From Candidatus Thorarchaeota archaeon (GTDB lineage: Archaea > Asgardarchaeota > Thorarchaeia > Thorarchaeales > Thorarchaeaceae), in contig JBHLRP010000009.1 in assembly GCA_048882485.1 (NCBI GenBank), positions 16,118 through 74,716 of the forward strand: DNA of 58,599 nucleotides, read 5' to 3'. Shown piece by piece: positions 26,998 to 36,364 of this stretch; the stretch's first letter is position 1; the number at the start of each line of letters is the position of its first letter. Both the position numbers and the translations under genes were made by a program. The notes under the pieces were generated by a model, which searched no databases, was not told the origin of the DNA, and saw only the letters and a list, made by a program, of their open reading frames with translations.

Positions 26998-29004
26998 TCA
27001 CTCTTGACCCACTAATTCCCTGACATGCTTGATGACATTCTCAACGGTGAAACCATACTTCTCGAATACAATCTCATTCGGAGCGGAAGCACCGAAGGTC
27101 TCAACTGCCATTACTGCTCCTTTGTCGCCGACCCAACGGGCCCATCCCTGAGATCTACCGGCTTCAACAGCCAGACGCGCTTTCACCTCAGGAGGAAGAA
27201 TCGAGTTGCGATAGGCTTCACTCTGTTCTTCAAACAATTCCCAGCTCGGGAATGAAACCAACCGGACATTGACACCCTCTTCGGATAGCTTCTCCCCTGC
27301 ATCGGTTATTAGACCGACCTCTGAACCTGTGGCCATTAGTATAGCATCTGGGGGGGCTTCTCCAAGGTCTGCAAGCACATATGCTCCTCTGGCAAGTCCA
27401 CTTGCAGGACTGTAGGTGTTGCGGTCTAGAATCGGAATCTTTTGCCGAGTCAGTGCCATAAGCGTAGGTCCACCTGATCGGTTTATCGCAATCTTCCACG
27501 CTTCAACTACCTCATTAGCATCGCAAGGACGAAGAACAATGATGCCTGGTATGGCACGTAACGCAGCCAATTGCTCTACCGGCTGGTGGGTTGGGCCGTC
27601 CTCACCCACACCTATGCTATCATGAGTAAATACCCAGATGCTTCTGTGCTTCGAGAGAGCAGAAATTCGAATCGCAGGTCGCATGTAATCTGAGAATATC
27701 AAGAATGTGGCACCGTAAGGTATGAATCCACCATGGGCTGCCATCCCATTGACAATTGCACCCATTGCGTGTTCACGTACCCCGAAGAAGAAATTCCGTC
27801 CCTCTGGGGTTTCCCTCTGAAATGCTGGATGACCCTTTATCCATGTCTTGTTTGAGCCAGTGAGGTCCGCAGAACCACCAAAAAGCTCTGGAAGATGAGG
27901 AGCAAGTGCATTAATCACATCACCAGATGGATTTCTTGTTGCGACGCCAGTTTCATCAGCGTCGTAGCTTGGAAGGTCCTTGTCCCAGCCCTTGGGAAGT
28001 CTGCCTGACATTCGACGTTCAAACTCCTTGGCCAGATTCGGATATTCCTGCCTGTATTCCTCCATATTGGCATCCCATGCCCTTTCCATTTCCGCTCCCC
28101 GTGTGATGGCATCTCGGAAGTGCTGCAACACATCATCCGGAATCAGGAAACGCGGCTCTAAGGGCCATCCAAGGTTCTTCTTTGCTGCCTCTAGCTCCTC
28201 CTCGCCCGGAGGCTCCCCATGTGCCTTCGCCGTGTCTTGCTTATTTGGCATCCCAAAACCAATGTGAGTGCGGACCATGATTATTGAAGGCCGTTGATCT
28301 TTCTTTGCATTTGCAATTGCCTGGTCAATTGCAGCAACATCATTGCCGTTTCCGACTGATTGAACGTGCCATCCAAGCGCCTCAAATCTGGCGCCTCGAT
28401 GCTCAGTGAATGTCACTTCAGTGCTACCATCGATTGAGATGAGATTATCATCATAAAGCAGAATCAGCTTGCCAAGCTGATGGTGTCCAGCCAATGACGC
28501 AGCTTCATATGAGATTCCTTCCATCAAATCTCCATCGGTGACAATCGCGTAAGTATAGTGGTCGACGATTTCATGCCCGGGTCTGTTGAACACTGTTGCT
28601 AGATGCTTCTCTGCAATAGCCATACCAAGTGCATTGCTCATACCCTGACCCAAAGGCCCAGTTGTGACTTCCACTCCAGGCGTGCAGAAGTTTTCAGGAT
28701 GGCCGGGAGTTCGACAACCCCACTGTCGGAAGTTCTTGATGTCATCGAGTGATACGTCATATCCTGTGAGATGAAGGAGTGCATATAGCAGCATGGAGCC
28801 ATGTCCACCGGATAGTACGAATCGGTCGCGGTCCAGCCAATCTGGATTCTGCGGATTGAAGCGCAGGTGTTTGGTCCATAGTGTATATGCCATGGTTGCT
28901 GCGCCCATTGGCATGCCTGGATGGCCCGAGTTGGCCTTCTGCACAGCATCGGCAGCTAAGAAGCGAATAGTATTGATTGCTCGGTTTTGAAGATTATCCG
29001 ACAT
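26998..29004 (-). CDS. tkt: Transketolase, single-chain bacterial type
   Basis: [49 protein letters not shown]; start MSDNL after GGAGG. Confidence 0.97.
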   Translation of the reverse strand: MSDNLQNRAINTIRFLAADAVQKANSGHPGMPMGAATMAYTLWTKHLRFNPQNPDWLDRDRFVLSGGHGSMLLYALLHLTGYDVSLDDIKNFRQWGCRTPGHPENFCTPGVEVTTGPLGQGMSNALGMAIAEKHLATVFNRPGHEIVDHYTYAIVTDGDLMEGISYEAASLAGHHQLGKLILLYDDNLISIDGSTEVTFTEHRGARFEALGWHVQSVGNGNDVAAIDQAIANAKKDQRPSIIMVRTHIGFGMPNKQDTAKAHGEPPGEEELEAAKKNLGWPLEPRFLIPDDVLQHFRDAITRGAEMERAWDANMEEYRQEYPNLAKEFERRMSGRLPKGWDKDLPSYDADETGVATRNPSGDVINALAPHLPELFGGSADLTGSNKTWIKGHPAFQRETPEGRNFFFGVREHAMGAIVNGMAAHGGFIPYGATFLIFSDYMRPAIRISALSKHRSIWVFTHDSIGVGEDGPTHQPVEQLAALRAIPGIIVLRPCDANEVVEAWKIAINRSGGPTLMALTRQKIPILDRNTYSPASGLARGAYVLADLGEAPPDAILMATGSEVGLITDAGEKLSEEGVNVRLVSFPSWELFEEQSEAYRNSILPPEVKARLAVEAGRSQGWARWVGDKGAVMAVETFGASAPNEIVFEKYGFTVENVIKHVRELVGQE

Positions 29005-29198
29005 CACATAGCCTCCTTCCTGAAATGAAAGGTGTATATCTTGCTGACGGTCCGCAAACCCTCTTGCTTCTGGGTTTGAGTCATAACCGCGTAGAGGACA
29101 ACCCCTATACAACTGTTACCCTAAGGTGGGTGTCAATTCAATACTGATATTACTCGGAGTCGATTGACCGTGGATACTGAACTAAGGTCTGATGAGGA

Positions 29199-29570
29199 AT
29201 GTCAACCTCCAAACTACTCAAACAGCTCAAGTCAATTGTAGGTCCAAAATATGTGACCGAAGAAATCTGTGATTGGCTTGTGTATTCAAAGGACTATTCT
29301 ATAGAGGGCATAGCTGACGACTATACTCCTGATCTCGTAGTAAGACCGGGATCTGTTGAAGAGATAGAGAAGATAGTTGGCGTGGCAAATGAATTCGAGG
29401 TACCTCTCAACACTTGGGGAGCGGGAACAAGTATGTCAGGAAATCCCCTTGCAGTTCACCACGGTATTGTTCTCGACACTAAACGCATGAACCAAGTTCT
29501 TGAAGTTGATTCAGAGAATCTCACAATCACAGTACAGGCCGGAGTCACTCGAGCAGGAACAAGTCTCTGA
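29199..29570 (+). pseudogene. Truncated FAD-binding oxidoreductase (GlcD-like), N-terminus only
   Basis: PDLVVRP...EI..IV..AN, GAGTSMSG, MNQVLEVD..NL.ITVQAGV, then stop within a few codons; full proteins are much longer. Confidence 0.75.
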
Positions 29571-30219
29571 TATGTTGCGTCTTCTAAGAGCGGCTGAGGT
29601 TTCGTTCAGAGTGACCTCTGAGAATGTCTGCTGTGGGTCCCCGGTCTATCGAGTCGGAGACCAGAAACAGGCTCGTGAACAAGCTCTGCAAGTCACTCGA
29701 ATGCTGAAGGAGGACGGACGAAAGGTCCTGGCCTCCTGTGCCGGATGCTATAGGATGTTCTCGCATTACTATCCCTTACTCTTAGATGAAGAGGACACCT
29801 TCTCAGTCATCCACAGTGTTCAGCTTCTAGACCAGCTTATTTCAGATAGAAAATTCACTCCTCGGCCATTGAATGCAAAGATAACATATCATGATCCTTG
29901 CCGTTTGGGAAGACACGCTGGGATCTATGATGAGCCCCGTAGAATTCTGAGAGCCATCCTAGGCGCAGAGCTGGTTGAGATGGAGTGGAACCGAAAATTC
30001 AGCAAGTGCTGCGGAACAGGTGGGGGCTTCAGAGGCGGCCGACCAGCAGATGCGATAGCAGTGGCAGCTCTTAGGGTCGAAGAGGCCGAGTCCGCAGGAG
30101 CAGACATATTTGTCACTATATGTCCATTCTGCTTGCGAAATCTATCAGATGGTGCCAAGTCAATTGGCTCTAGCATTGAGGTTAGAACCATAGAGTCACT
30201 GCTAGCACAACAATTGTAG
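29500..30219 (+). pseudogene. CCG-domain Fe-S protein (GlcF/HdrD-like) lacking its N-terminal part
   Basis: CCGSP, SCAGC, TYHDPCRLGR, CCGTGGG, CPFC; no ferredoxin motifs, and the first GC motif is missing. Confidence 0.7.
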
Positions 30220-30221
30220 TC

Positions 30222-30791
30222 CTACGCCTCTCCCACGACTTTGCCTGGAGGATACATCTCAAGGAACTCGTCCTTGAGAATGTCCATAGCTACGAGATTA
30301 TGAAACCGCCCTTCCATGAAGTCAGCTTGTCTAAAGGTGCCAATTTTCTTGAATCCTGCCTTCTCGTAGGCTTTCTGACCTCGTTCATTGAATGAGGCCG
30401 TGTAAAGGTAGATGCTGTTGAGTCCTAGGACGTGGAAACCAATCCAGAGCATAACCTTGGTGGCATCTGTTCCATAGCCCTTTCCCCAATTTTCAGGACC
30501 ATGAATCGCAATTCCAAATTCGGCCCTTTGCGTCTGCTTGCTAATATCAAATATGCCCGTCGTTCCCAGAAACTCGCCGGTCTTCTTGTCTTCGATGACA
30601 AGATTGAGGGCTCCGTCCTGCCAGGGCTTTGCTTTCGATGCTTTCTCCAACCACTCTCTCTCTGCATCTCGAGACATGGGAATTGCACCAGCTAGGAACC
30701 GTCGCATCTCAAAGTTGTTCCAGCCCTTCATGATATTGTCCAGATCTGACATCTCCAAGGCACGGAGTTTGACCTTCTCACCGTAGTACAT
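30222..30791 (-). CDS. GNAT (RimJ/RimL-like) acetyltransferase
   Basis: LRALE..D, AEFGI, WGKGYGTDA, N....KAYEKAGF. Confidence 0.92.
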   Translation of the reverse strand: MYYGEKVKLRALEMSDLDNIMKGWNNFEMRRFLAGAIPMSRDAEREWLEKASKAKPWQDGALNLVIEDKKTGEFLGTTGIFDISKQTQRAEFGIAIHGPENWGKGYGTDATKVMLWIGFHVLGLNSIYLYTASFNERGQKAYEKAGFKKIGTFRQADFMEGRFHNLVAMDILKDEFLEMYPPGKVVGEA

Positions 30792-30888
30792 GAGTTCGAT
30801 GAGATTGCATTTCTGTTATGAATCCTGCCCTAACCCATGAGTCAGTACGCTTTTATCTTGGTAGTTCACGAATCTCTTCATCTCGATA

Positions 30889-31290
30889 GTGGAGATTGTA
30901 CAAATGCAGTTCGAAGGTTTTATCTATGCCCTCTTGGGCGTTATCTATACCCTCTTATTCTATATGATCATCTTTGCCATCATCTTCATTATAATCAGCG
31001 TGTTGTCACTTGGATGGGCATTAGACCGAGTCGGAGGTCAAGATACAGGATTCGGCTCCGTCTTCATCACGTCCCTTGTCATGGGATTGGTGATGATAAT
31101 TCCCTGTCTTGGATGTGTGCTGGCGCTCTGGGTGATAAAAACCAGGCATTCGGTCGGATGGATGGATAGTCTGATTGCTTGGATTGTGGCTGTAATAGTA
31201 TCATTGGTGATATTCATTGCAATTGCGTTCATGTTCCTCGGAGGATTAGCTGGATTATTCGCACTATTCCCACCGCTCCCCTTCCCATAG
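30889..31290 (+). CDS. Small multi-pass membrane protein
   Basis: Highly hydrophobic, co-oriented with neighbours. Confidence 0.7.
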   Translation: MEIVQMQFEGFIYALLGVIYTLLFYMIIFAIIFIIISVLSLGWALDRVGGQDTGFGSVFITSLVMGLVMIIPCLGCVLALWVIKTRHSVGWMDSLIAWIVAVIVSLVIFIAIAFMFLGGLAGLFALFPPLPFP

Positions 31291-31320
31291 ACAAGACTGA
31301 TTGAGTCTGGAAGTAGAATA

Positions 31321-32004
31321 GTGATGGAAAAGGAAGACGGAGAAACAGAGAAGACGCCCTGTGAGAAAGTCCTTCTTGACGATCATAGAGGACGCCTTCG
31401 AATAAACAGTGGTCTCATTCTCCGTCAACCTTTGAAATTCCTAAGAGCTGTTGGACCGCTTCTGACTTCACACCATCCCTTCTGCGATGTGTACGCCGGA
31501 CATCTATTCACACTGAGAGGAAGGAAGTGGTGCATCGGCTGCTTTTTCAATTCACTCTCATTCTTTATGGCCTTGGGTCTGCTCATCGTATCCACCATTA
31601 TAGTGCCCTTCATGATTGATAGATCCTATCTCTTCTGGGGAGGAGCTGCCCTCGTACTGGTTTCATTTGCGATGAGTGCGCTTCATCTCACGGATAATAA
31701 GAGGCTCAAAGTACTCTCAAAGCTGATTCTCGGCTCATCCTTTGCATGTATCAGTTGGGCGATTCTTCTTGCAGATGGTCTAACAACCAATCTGGAGCTC
31801 AAATTCGCTCTTATTGTCACACTCTATCTCATTGTTGTCACTGTCTTGGGATACCGAAGGGTTATCGAGGTTGAGAAGGAATGCATGGCATGTGAGTTTA
31901 AGATGAGGTGGAGCAAGTGTCCCGGCTTCAAGGATATCCTATGCCCCCTTGTTGACTCTAACTTTCTTTATCCAGAGTTGCCTTCTCATTCAATCTCAGA
32001 TTGA
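31321..32004 (+). CDS. Membrane protein with His/Cys metal-binding motifs
   Basis: SHHPFC...H...WCIGC, four TM segments, CMAC...CPGF. Confidence 0.75.
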   Translation: MMEKEDGETEKTPCEKVLLDDHRGRLRINSGLILRQPLKFLRAVGPLLTSHHPFCDVYAGHLFTLRGRKWCIGCFFNSLSFFMALGLLIVSTIIVPFMIDRSYLFWGGAALVLVSFAMSALHLTDNKRLKVLSKLILGSSFACISWAILLADGLTTNLELKFALIVTLYLIVVTVLGYRRVIEVEKECMACEFKMRWSKCPGFKDILCPLVDSNFLYPELPSHSISD

Positions 32005-32075
32005 TTCTGATTACTCCATTCGACAGACTCTTAGAGAAAAGAGCTGGTTTTCGAATTGAAGGGTGACCCGGCAGA

Positions 32076-32672
32076 ATGAGTCCTGAGAGAGTTGTCTTCG
32101 AGGAGCCAATTGTTAGAGCTGAGACTCAAAGGATGAGGTTTCCGGATATCTGCCCTGTATGCGGTGAAGCTGCCGCGGACTTAATGCCAATCGCAATCAT
32201 TCCGAACCAATACAAATCCCTGAGGCCTTCCCTGGAATATGTGCCTCCATACTATGGTCGGAAACCAAATAGCTCGCCAACACCTGTCAAGAAGATATTC
32301 CAAATTCCAGTCTGCGAGAATCATCATTACACTGACGAAGGTGCAGCACAGTATAAATCGTACTGCATTGTTTTTGATGGACTGGCTATGGTTTATTTGA
32401 TTCTATCATTACTAACATTTGGCAACCAGTTCTGGAGTGGAGGCAGTCCAAGTCCGTGGGTGGTCTTTGCAGCTGCCATCTTCGCGACGTTCCTAATTAT
32501 CACTTATGCGCTCTTTCGTCCTGGGCCTATCGAGGATGCTGTTAAGATAATAGGTTTTGACGGTGGCCTTCGTCATGTCTGGATTCAGTTCAAGCGGACT
32601 CAATATCGGGATGAGTTCATGAAAGAGAATGCTATGACAGCTGAACTTGTCAGTTGGATTCAGAGAACGTAG
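32076..32672 (+). CDS. Zn-finger membrane protein
   Basis: FPDICPVCG...IPVCENH, two TM segments. Confidence 0.78.
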   Translation: MSPERVVFEEPIVRAETQRMRFPDICPVCGEAAADLMPIAIIPNQYKSLRPSLEYVPPYYGRKPNSSPTPVKKIFQIPVCENHHYTDEGAAQYKSYCIVFDGLAMVYLILSLLTFGNQFWSGGSPSPWVVFAAAIFATFLIITYALFRPGPIEDAVKIIGFDGGLRHVWIQFKRTQYRDEFMKENAMTAELVSWIQRT

Positions 32673-32703
32673 CTGCACATGCAAAAGCATCAGTAGAAGT
32701 AGT

Positions 32704-32745
32704 TGAGGAAGTGCTCACGTGGATTCCAGCATGAGGACTTCCTCA
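32704..32745. terminator. Long hairpin at the 3' end of the micropeptide operon
   Basis: TGAGGAAGTGCTCA (32704-32717) and TGAGGACTTCCTCA (32732-32745) form a 13/14 inverted repeat between convergent units. Confidence 0.5.
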
Positions 32746-32831
32746 CGAGTAAGACAACGGCCTTCTGCTATTTCGTTGTGAAGGCATGAGTCTTTGAAGT
32801 TAGACTGGATGCAATTGTCATCGTAAATCAT
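32715..32831 (-). CDS. 38-aa acidic, three-Cys micropeptide MIYDDNCIQSNFKDSCLHNEIAEGRCLTREEVLMLEST
   Basis: Manual translation; AGGAG SD supplied by the last codons of the upstream peptide. Confidence 0.6.
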   Translation of the reverse strand: MIYDDNCIQSNFKDSCLHNEIAEGRCLTREEVLMLEST

Positions 32832-32837
32832 TGCAAT

Positions 32838-32927
32838 CTATCTCCTGAAGTATGAGTATGCTATTGCGCGAGTAGAGATTTTCCTTCTAATCTGCTTCTT
32901 CTGAATTGCTTTCTTTGCTATTGCCGT
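32838..32927 (-). CDS. 29-aa cationic micropeptide (T/M)AIAKKAIQKKQIRRKISTRAIAYSYFRR
   Basis: ACG 4 nt after GGAGGTGA (alternative in-frame ATG at 32966); paralogous to 32932-33039. Confidence 0.6.
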   Translation of the reverse strand, partial: TAIAKKAIQKKQIRRKISTRAIAYSYFRR

Positions 32928-32931
32928 ATTA

Positions 32932-33039
32932 TCACCTCCGAAAGGCGTACGCGAATCCGATGGCATAGGTGGAGATTGTCCTCCTCACCTTCGCGTTCTT
33001 TTTCACAGATGACTTCCGAGTATTCTTAGTCAGAACCAT
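32932..33039 (-). CDS. 35-aa cationic micropeptide MVLTKNTRKSSVKKNAKVRRTISTYAIGFAYAFRR
   Basis: ATG 33 nt from TTATATA (33072-33078); paralogous to 32838-32927. Confidence 0.65.
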   Translation of the reverse strand: MVLTKNTRKSSVKKNAKVRRTISTYAIGFAYAFRR

Positions 33040-33071
33040 GATGCTTCACAAGAATTAACACACAAAATGAG

Positions 33072-33078
33072 TATATAA
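33072..33078. promoter_or_regulatory. TATA box, possibly bidirectional
   Basis: TATATAA (+) / TTATATA (-) between the divergent micropeptide operon and 33121-33396. Confidence 0.55.
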
Positions 33079-33120
33079 CACGGAGCCACAACTAAGGGTC
33101 ACAAAACAGAGTCACATAAT

Positions 33121-33396
33121 GTGACTGCTAAGTTAGGAGTGAAGAGCATGAGCGACTCTCTAAAGGAGATAACTGTTACAGGTTTGATGTCAAAGATATT
33201 CGACTCCTACACTGTCACGACGGACGATGGCACTGAGTACAAGCTGTCAGCAATAATGCCGTGGGAAGCTGTTTCTCCTGACTTTGATAGTGAGAAGTTT
33301 GCACTTGTGTTGGGGAAGCGTGTTAGCGTGAGCGGAATGACTGATGGCGACACCGTATGGGGCGCGGAGATAGTCAAGGAATCCAAATCGGAATGA
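33121..33396 (+). CDS. Small hypothetical protein (beta-rich, OB-fold-like); likely start MSDSL at 33148
   Basis: Protein-like composition, AGGAG upstream of 33148. Confidence 0.7.
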   Translation: MTAKLGVKSMSDSLKEITVTGLMSKIFDSYTVTTDDGTEYKLSAIMPWEAVSPDFDSEKFALVLGKRVSVSGMTDGDTVWGAEIVKESKSE

Positions 33397-33583
33397 TAGT
33401 TGATGTTGATGTGATGTTCATTCACGCTGGTGACCCAGAAAAGATGAGCCAATGATGTCGTCAGGTTGAGGGAAACCTGATTCAACTCTCTCAGCGGATA
33501 GAGAATTGGGGTGTATGAAAAGAATGGAGTTTGGCCCACGGATATAGTAGGCCAAATCCTGCATTATAACAATGGTCAATCCT

Positions 33584-33964
33584 TCAGAGTTTCAGCTCAG
33601 CTTCGCTCTTCCAGAGACCATGAATGTTGCAATACGCAGTAGCCATCAACGTGCCTGGTTTGTCGGTCTTGAAGACGAACTTGGCAACTGGCTCGCTGTA
33701 AATGCCACTACTATCAGGGCCCTCAGCAGATTCACCGTGGTGATCGAATGTACAGTATCCAATCTCTACGGGAAACTTAGCTCCTTCTGGCCAGAAGAAG
33801 AGGTCACACCATTTGATATGATGTGCAGTCGTGTTTGGATGTGGAATTTCCTTGCCAACTTTAACTTTGACGTAGGCCTTCCCATCTTCCACCTTCTTTA
33901 TATCGATAGACGGCACGTGTTTCTCGTTCTTCCAATCATCGGTCTGTATCCATTTCTTTGACAT
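33584..33964 (-). CDS. sor: Superoxide reductase (neelaredoxin, class II SORL)
   Basis: EKHVP, HPNTTAHHIKW, YCNIHGLW; start MSKK after GGAGG. Confidence 0.95.
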   Translation of the reverse strand: MSKKWIQTDDWKNEKHVPSIDIKKVEDGKAYVKVKVGKEIPHPNTTAHHIKWCDLFFWPEGAKFPVEIGYCTFDHHGESAEGPDSSGIYSEPVAKFVFKTDKPGTLMATAYCNIHGLWKSEAELKL

Positions 33965-34048
33965 TGGCTTTCCTCCCTCAAAGCAGTAGGATAGTGGGCT
34001 CATCGAGGTTATACCATAAAACAGTTCTCCTACGTACGCTACCTGTAC

Positions 34049-35542
34049 CTACCTGTCCAATTTTCTAACTTGATTTAGAGTCCACTTTCCCTTTTCAGTC
34101 AATGCATAGTAGCTTCTTTGGCGATTTTCATACGTCTTCTCGACTCGTGTATTAATAATCAGTCCGCTACTAGTCAGCTCAGTAAGGTGCTGGTATATAC
34201 TCGGGATTTTAAGGTTCATTCCATACTCATCCAACAGAGCCTTCCATATTCCATATCCGTAAGACTCACTCCCGGAGAGTATCTGTAGAATGCGGATTTT
34301 GGTCTGCCCTAGCTTCGTTGTGACTTTACGTCCCTCTATCCTACTGAGAAGATGTTCAAGAGGGCCCTTCCCCTTAACAAAAGTCCTTGCTATTTCAGGG
34401 TACTTGAGCCCCATTCCAGTAATGACACATACAATAGACTCCCCTTGTTCTATCTTTCCTTGGTGAATGAGTTTCTGTAAAGCCGCTATAGTAGTGGCTG
34501 AAGATGGTTCTGCGAAAACGCCTTCTCGTCTTGCGAGCTGTCTCACAGCTTCCAGTATTTCCCTATCGGAGGCAGAAATGGCTATTCCGCCTGACTCCTC
34601 GATTGCCATCAATGCTGTGTGTCCACAAACTGGATTCCTTACGCATATGTCAAAAGCTACCGTAGATGCAGAAGACAGCGGAGTGATGGTTTTCATCCCG
34701 CTCTTAAATGCCTCAACAATTGGTGCGCAACCGCTAGCCTGAGCCCCGACTATCTTGGTGTGCGAAGCATCAATCAGTCCAATCTGCTCCAGCTCCCTTA
34801 GGCCCTTCCATATCATTGACACATGACCGCCATTTCCCATTGGGGCAATAATCCAATCCGGTGCAGTCCACTCGAGCTGTTCACATGTTTCATAGACAGT
34901 TGTCTTCTCTCCTTCCATGAAGTGTGGGTTGGACGATGCTATGAGGTGGCTTCTTCTACCCTCTTGGCGTGCCATTGACACTGCTTCCTCATGATCTCTG
35001 ACTATCTCTACATCTGCTGCATAGGCTAGGATCTGGTAGAACTTGCCAATATCCACATTTCCTCTCTGACCGATGAACACCTTGCTCTCAAGGCCAGCCC
35101 GAGCAGCATAGGCAACAAGTGACGCAGCAAGATTTCCAGTAGAGCCACAACAAACAGATTTGAACCCATGCTCCTTCGCTGCAGACACTTCGACTGCGGT
35201 CCCACGATCAATAAACGCTCCCGTCGGATTTGTTGTTTCGTCTTTCAGGTAAAGACACTCAATTCCGAAGTCCTTTGCAAGCCCATCGCACAGGTGTAAG
35301 TAGGTTCCTCCCTCTCCAAGTGAAACCATATTCGCTTCACTTCGAATTGGAAGTAGTTCAAGGTACTTCCAAATTGCCGGCCCTCTCTTTCTGAGCTTCC
35401 TAGGAGTGAATTGGCTTCTTGCCTTGTCGAGGTCATAGGTCACTTCTAGAATCTGTCCGCACATAGGACAAGAATTGATGTATTTCTCCGGAATAAACTC
35501 CTTTCCACACCCAGTGCACCTAAAACCTGACTGAAGTGACAT
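34049..35542 (-). CDS. Threonine synthase-fold protein lacking the PLP Schiff-base lysine, fused to a C-terminal PadR-like wHTH
   Basis: N-terminal CxxC..CxxC, SLGEGGT, NPTGAFIDRG (canonical NPTGSFKDRG), STGN, PMGNGG, EPSSA, TGMGLK; tail YGYGIWK...SIYQHL.EL...GLI...RSYYALTEKG. Confidence 0.88.
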   Translation of the reverse strand: MSLQSGFRCTGCGKEFIPEKYINSCPMCGQILEVTYDLDKARSQFTPRKLRKRGPAIWKYLELLPIRSEANMVSLGEGGTYLHLCDGLAKDFGIECLYLKDETTNPTGAFIDRGTAVEVSAAKEHGFKSVCCGSTGNLAASLVAYAARAGLESKVFIGQRGNVDIGKFYQILAYAADVEIVRDHEEAVSMARQEGRRSHLIASSNPHFMEGEKTTVYETCEQLEWTAPDWIIAPMGNGGHVSMIWKGLRELEQIGLIDASHTKIVGAQASGCAPIVEAFKSGMKTITPLSSASTVAFDICVRNPVCGHTALMAIEESGGIAISASDREILEAVRQLARREGVFAEPSSATTIAALQKLIHQGKIEQGESIVCVITGMGLKYPEIARTFVKGKGPLEHLLSRIEGRKVTTKLGQTKIRILQILSGSESYGYGIWKALLDEYGMNLKIPSIYQHLTELTSSGLIINTRVEKTYENRQRSYYALTEKGKWTLNQVRKLDR

Positions 35543-35552
35543 TGTTTCTCAT

Positions 35553-35580
35553 GCCTATATATAGGCTCAAAATTATATAT
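35553..35580. promoter_or_regulatory. Perfect 14-bp palindrome and TATA box in the divergent promoter
   Basis: GCCTATATATAGGC (35553-35566); TTATATAT (35573-35580). Confidence 0.7.
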
Positions 35581-35623
35581 CCTTCTTTCAGAGAAGAATA
35601 TGATGAATAGAGGATGATACACA

Positions 35624-36217
35624 ATGGAGTTCTTCAAACCCAAAATACGAAGTAGCACTATATTTGTGGCATTATTGGCTGTACTAACTGCACTGACCAC
35701 AATTGCCACAATAGTGATTGCCATTCCACTCCCTGCAAGTTCAGGGTTTCTGAATTTCGGAGATGCACTAGTGATGCTAAGCGGCCTCTTGCTTGGCCCT
35801 CTTGGCGGCTTCATCGCTGGGGGAGTGGGTTCAGCAATGGGTGATGTCATCTTGGGCTATGTCCATTTCGCTCCAATCACTTTAGTTGTAAAGGGCTGCG
35901 AAGGGTTGGTGATGGGACTGTTTAGTAGTCGAGCCAGAAGTGCTAGTCTATTGACAAGGTGGGATGTGGTTGGACTTATCGTATCCTCACTTGTCATGAT
36001 GACCGGATATTTCCTCGCAGAGATTCCGTTGTACGGATATGGAGCTGCACTCGCAGAGTTGCTTACAGCAAACTGGCTTCAAGTGGCAGTTGGTTCAATC
36101 GTCACCGCAATCGTAGGGCCTATTGCAAGGAGCTTTCTCCAAGACACTCTGTATATGTTTGAAGAAGAGGACCTAACTGTAGCTCAGAATGAGCAGCTTG
36201 AAACACCTCTTGAATGA
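35624..36217 (+). CDS. ECF transporter S component (HmpT/PdxU-like)
   Basis: IPLP..SGFLNFGDA, LLGP..G..AGGVGSAMGDV..GY..FAP.TL.VKG.EG. Confidence 0.88.
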   Translation: MEFFKPKIRSSTIFVALLAVLTALTTIATIVIAIPLPASSGFLNFGDALVMLSGLLLGPLGGFIAGGVGSAMGDVILGYVHFAPITLVVKGCEGLVMGLFSSRARSASLLTRWDVVGLIVSSLVMMTGYFLAEIPLYGYGAALAELLTANWLQVAVGSIVTAIVGPIARSFLQDTLYMFEEEDLTVAQNEQLETPLE

Positions 36218-36364
36218 ACAGCATAAGGAATCTGAAATTTATGGAAGAACTCCTCAGCAAACGCCATTTTTGATTCAATTTGCCATTTCAAATCAGTGCT
36301 CTTTTTAAAGAGGAATTTCATCGTTGTAATGACACCCATTGGCTATACCTAGTCCGACTTACGA

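Noticed and set aside
32715-32717. UGA inside the hairpin as a selenocysteine codon
   Set aside because: Read-through runs antisense into the neighbouring gene, there is no redox motif, and the hairpin lacks SECIS core features
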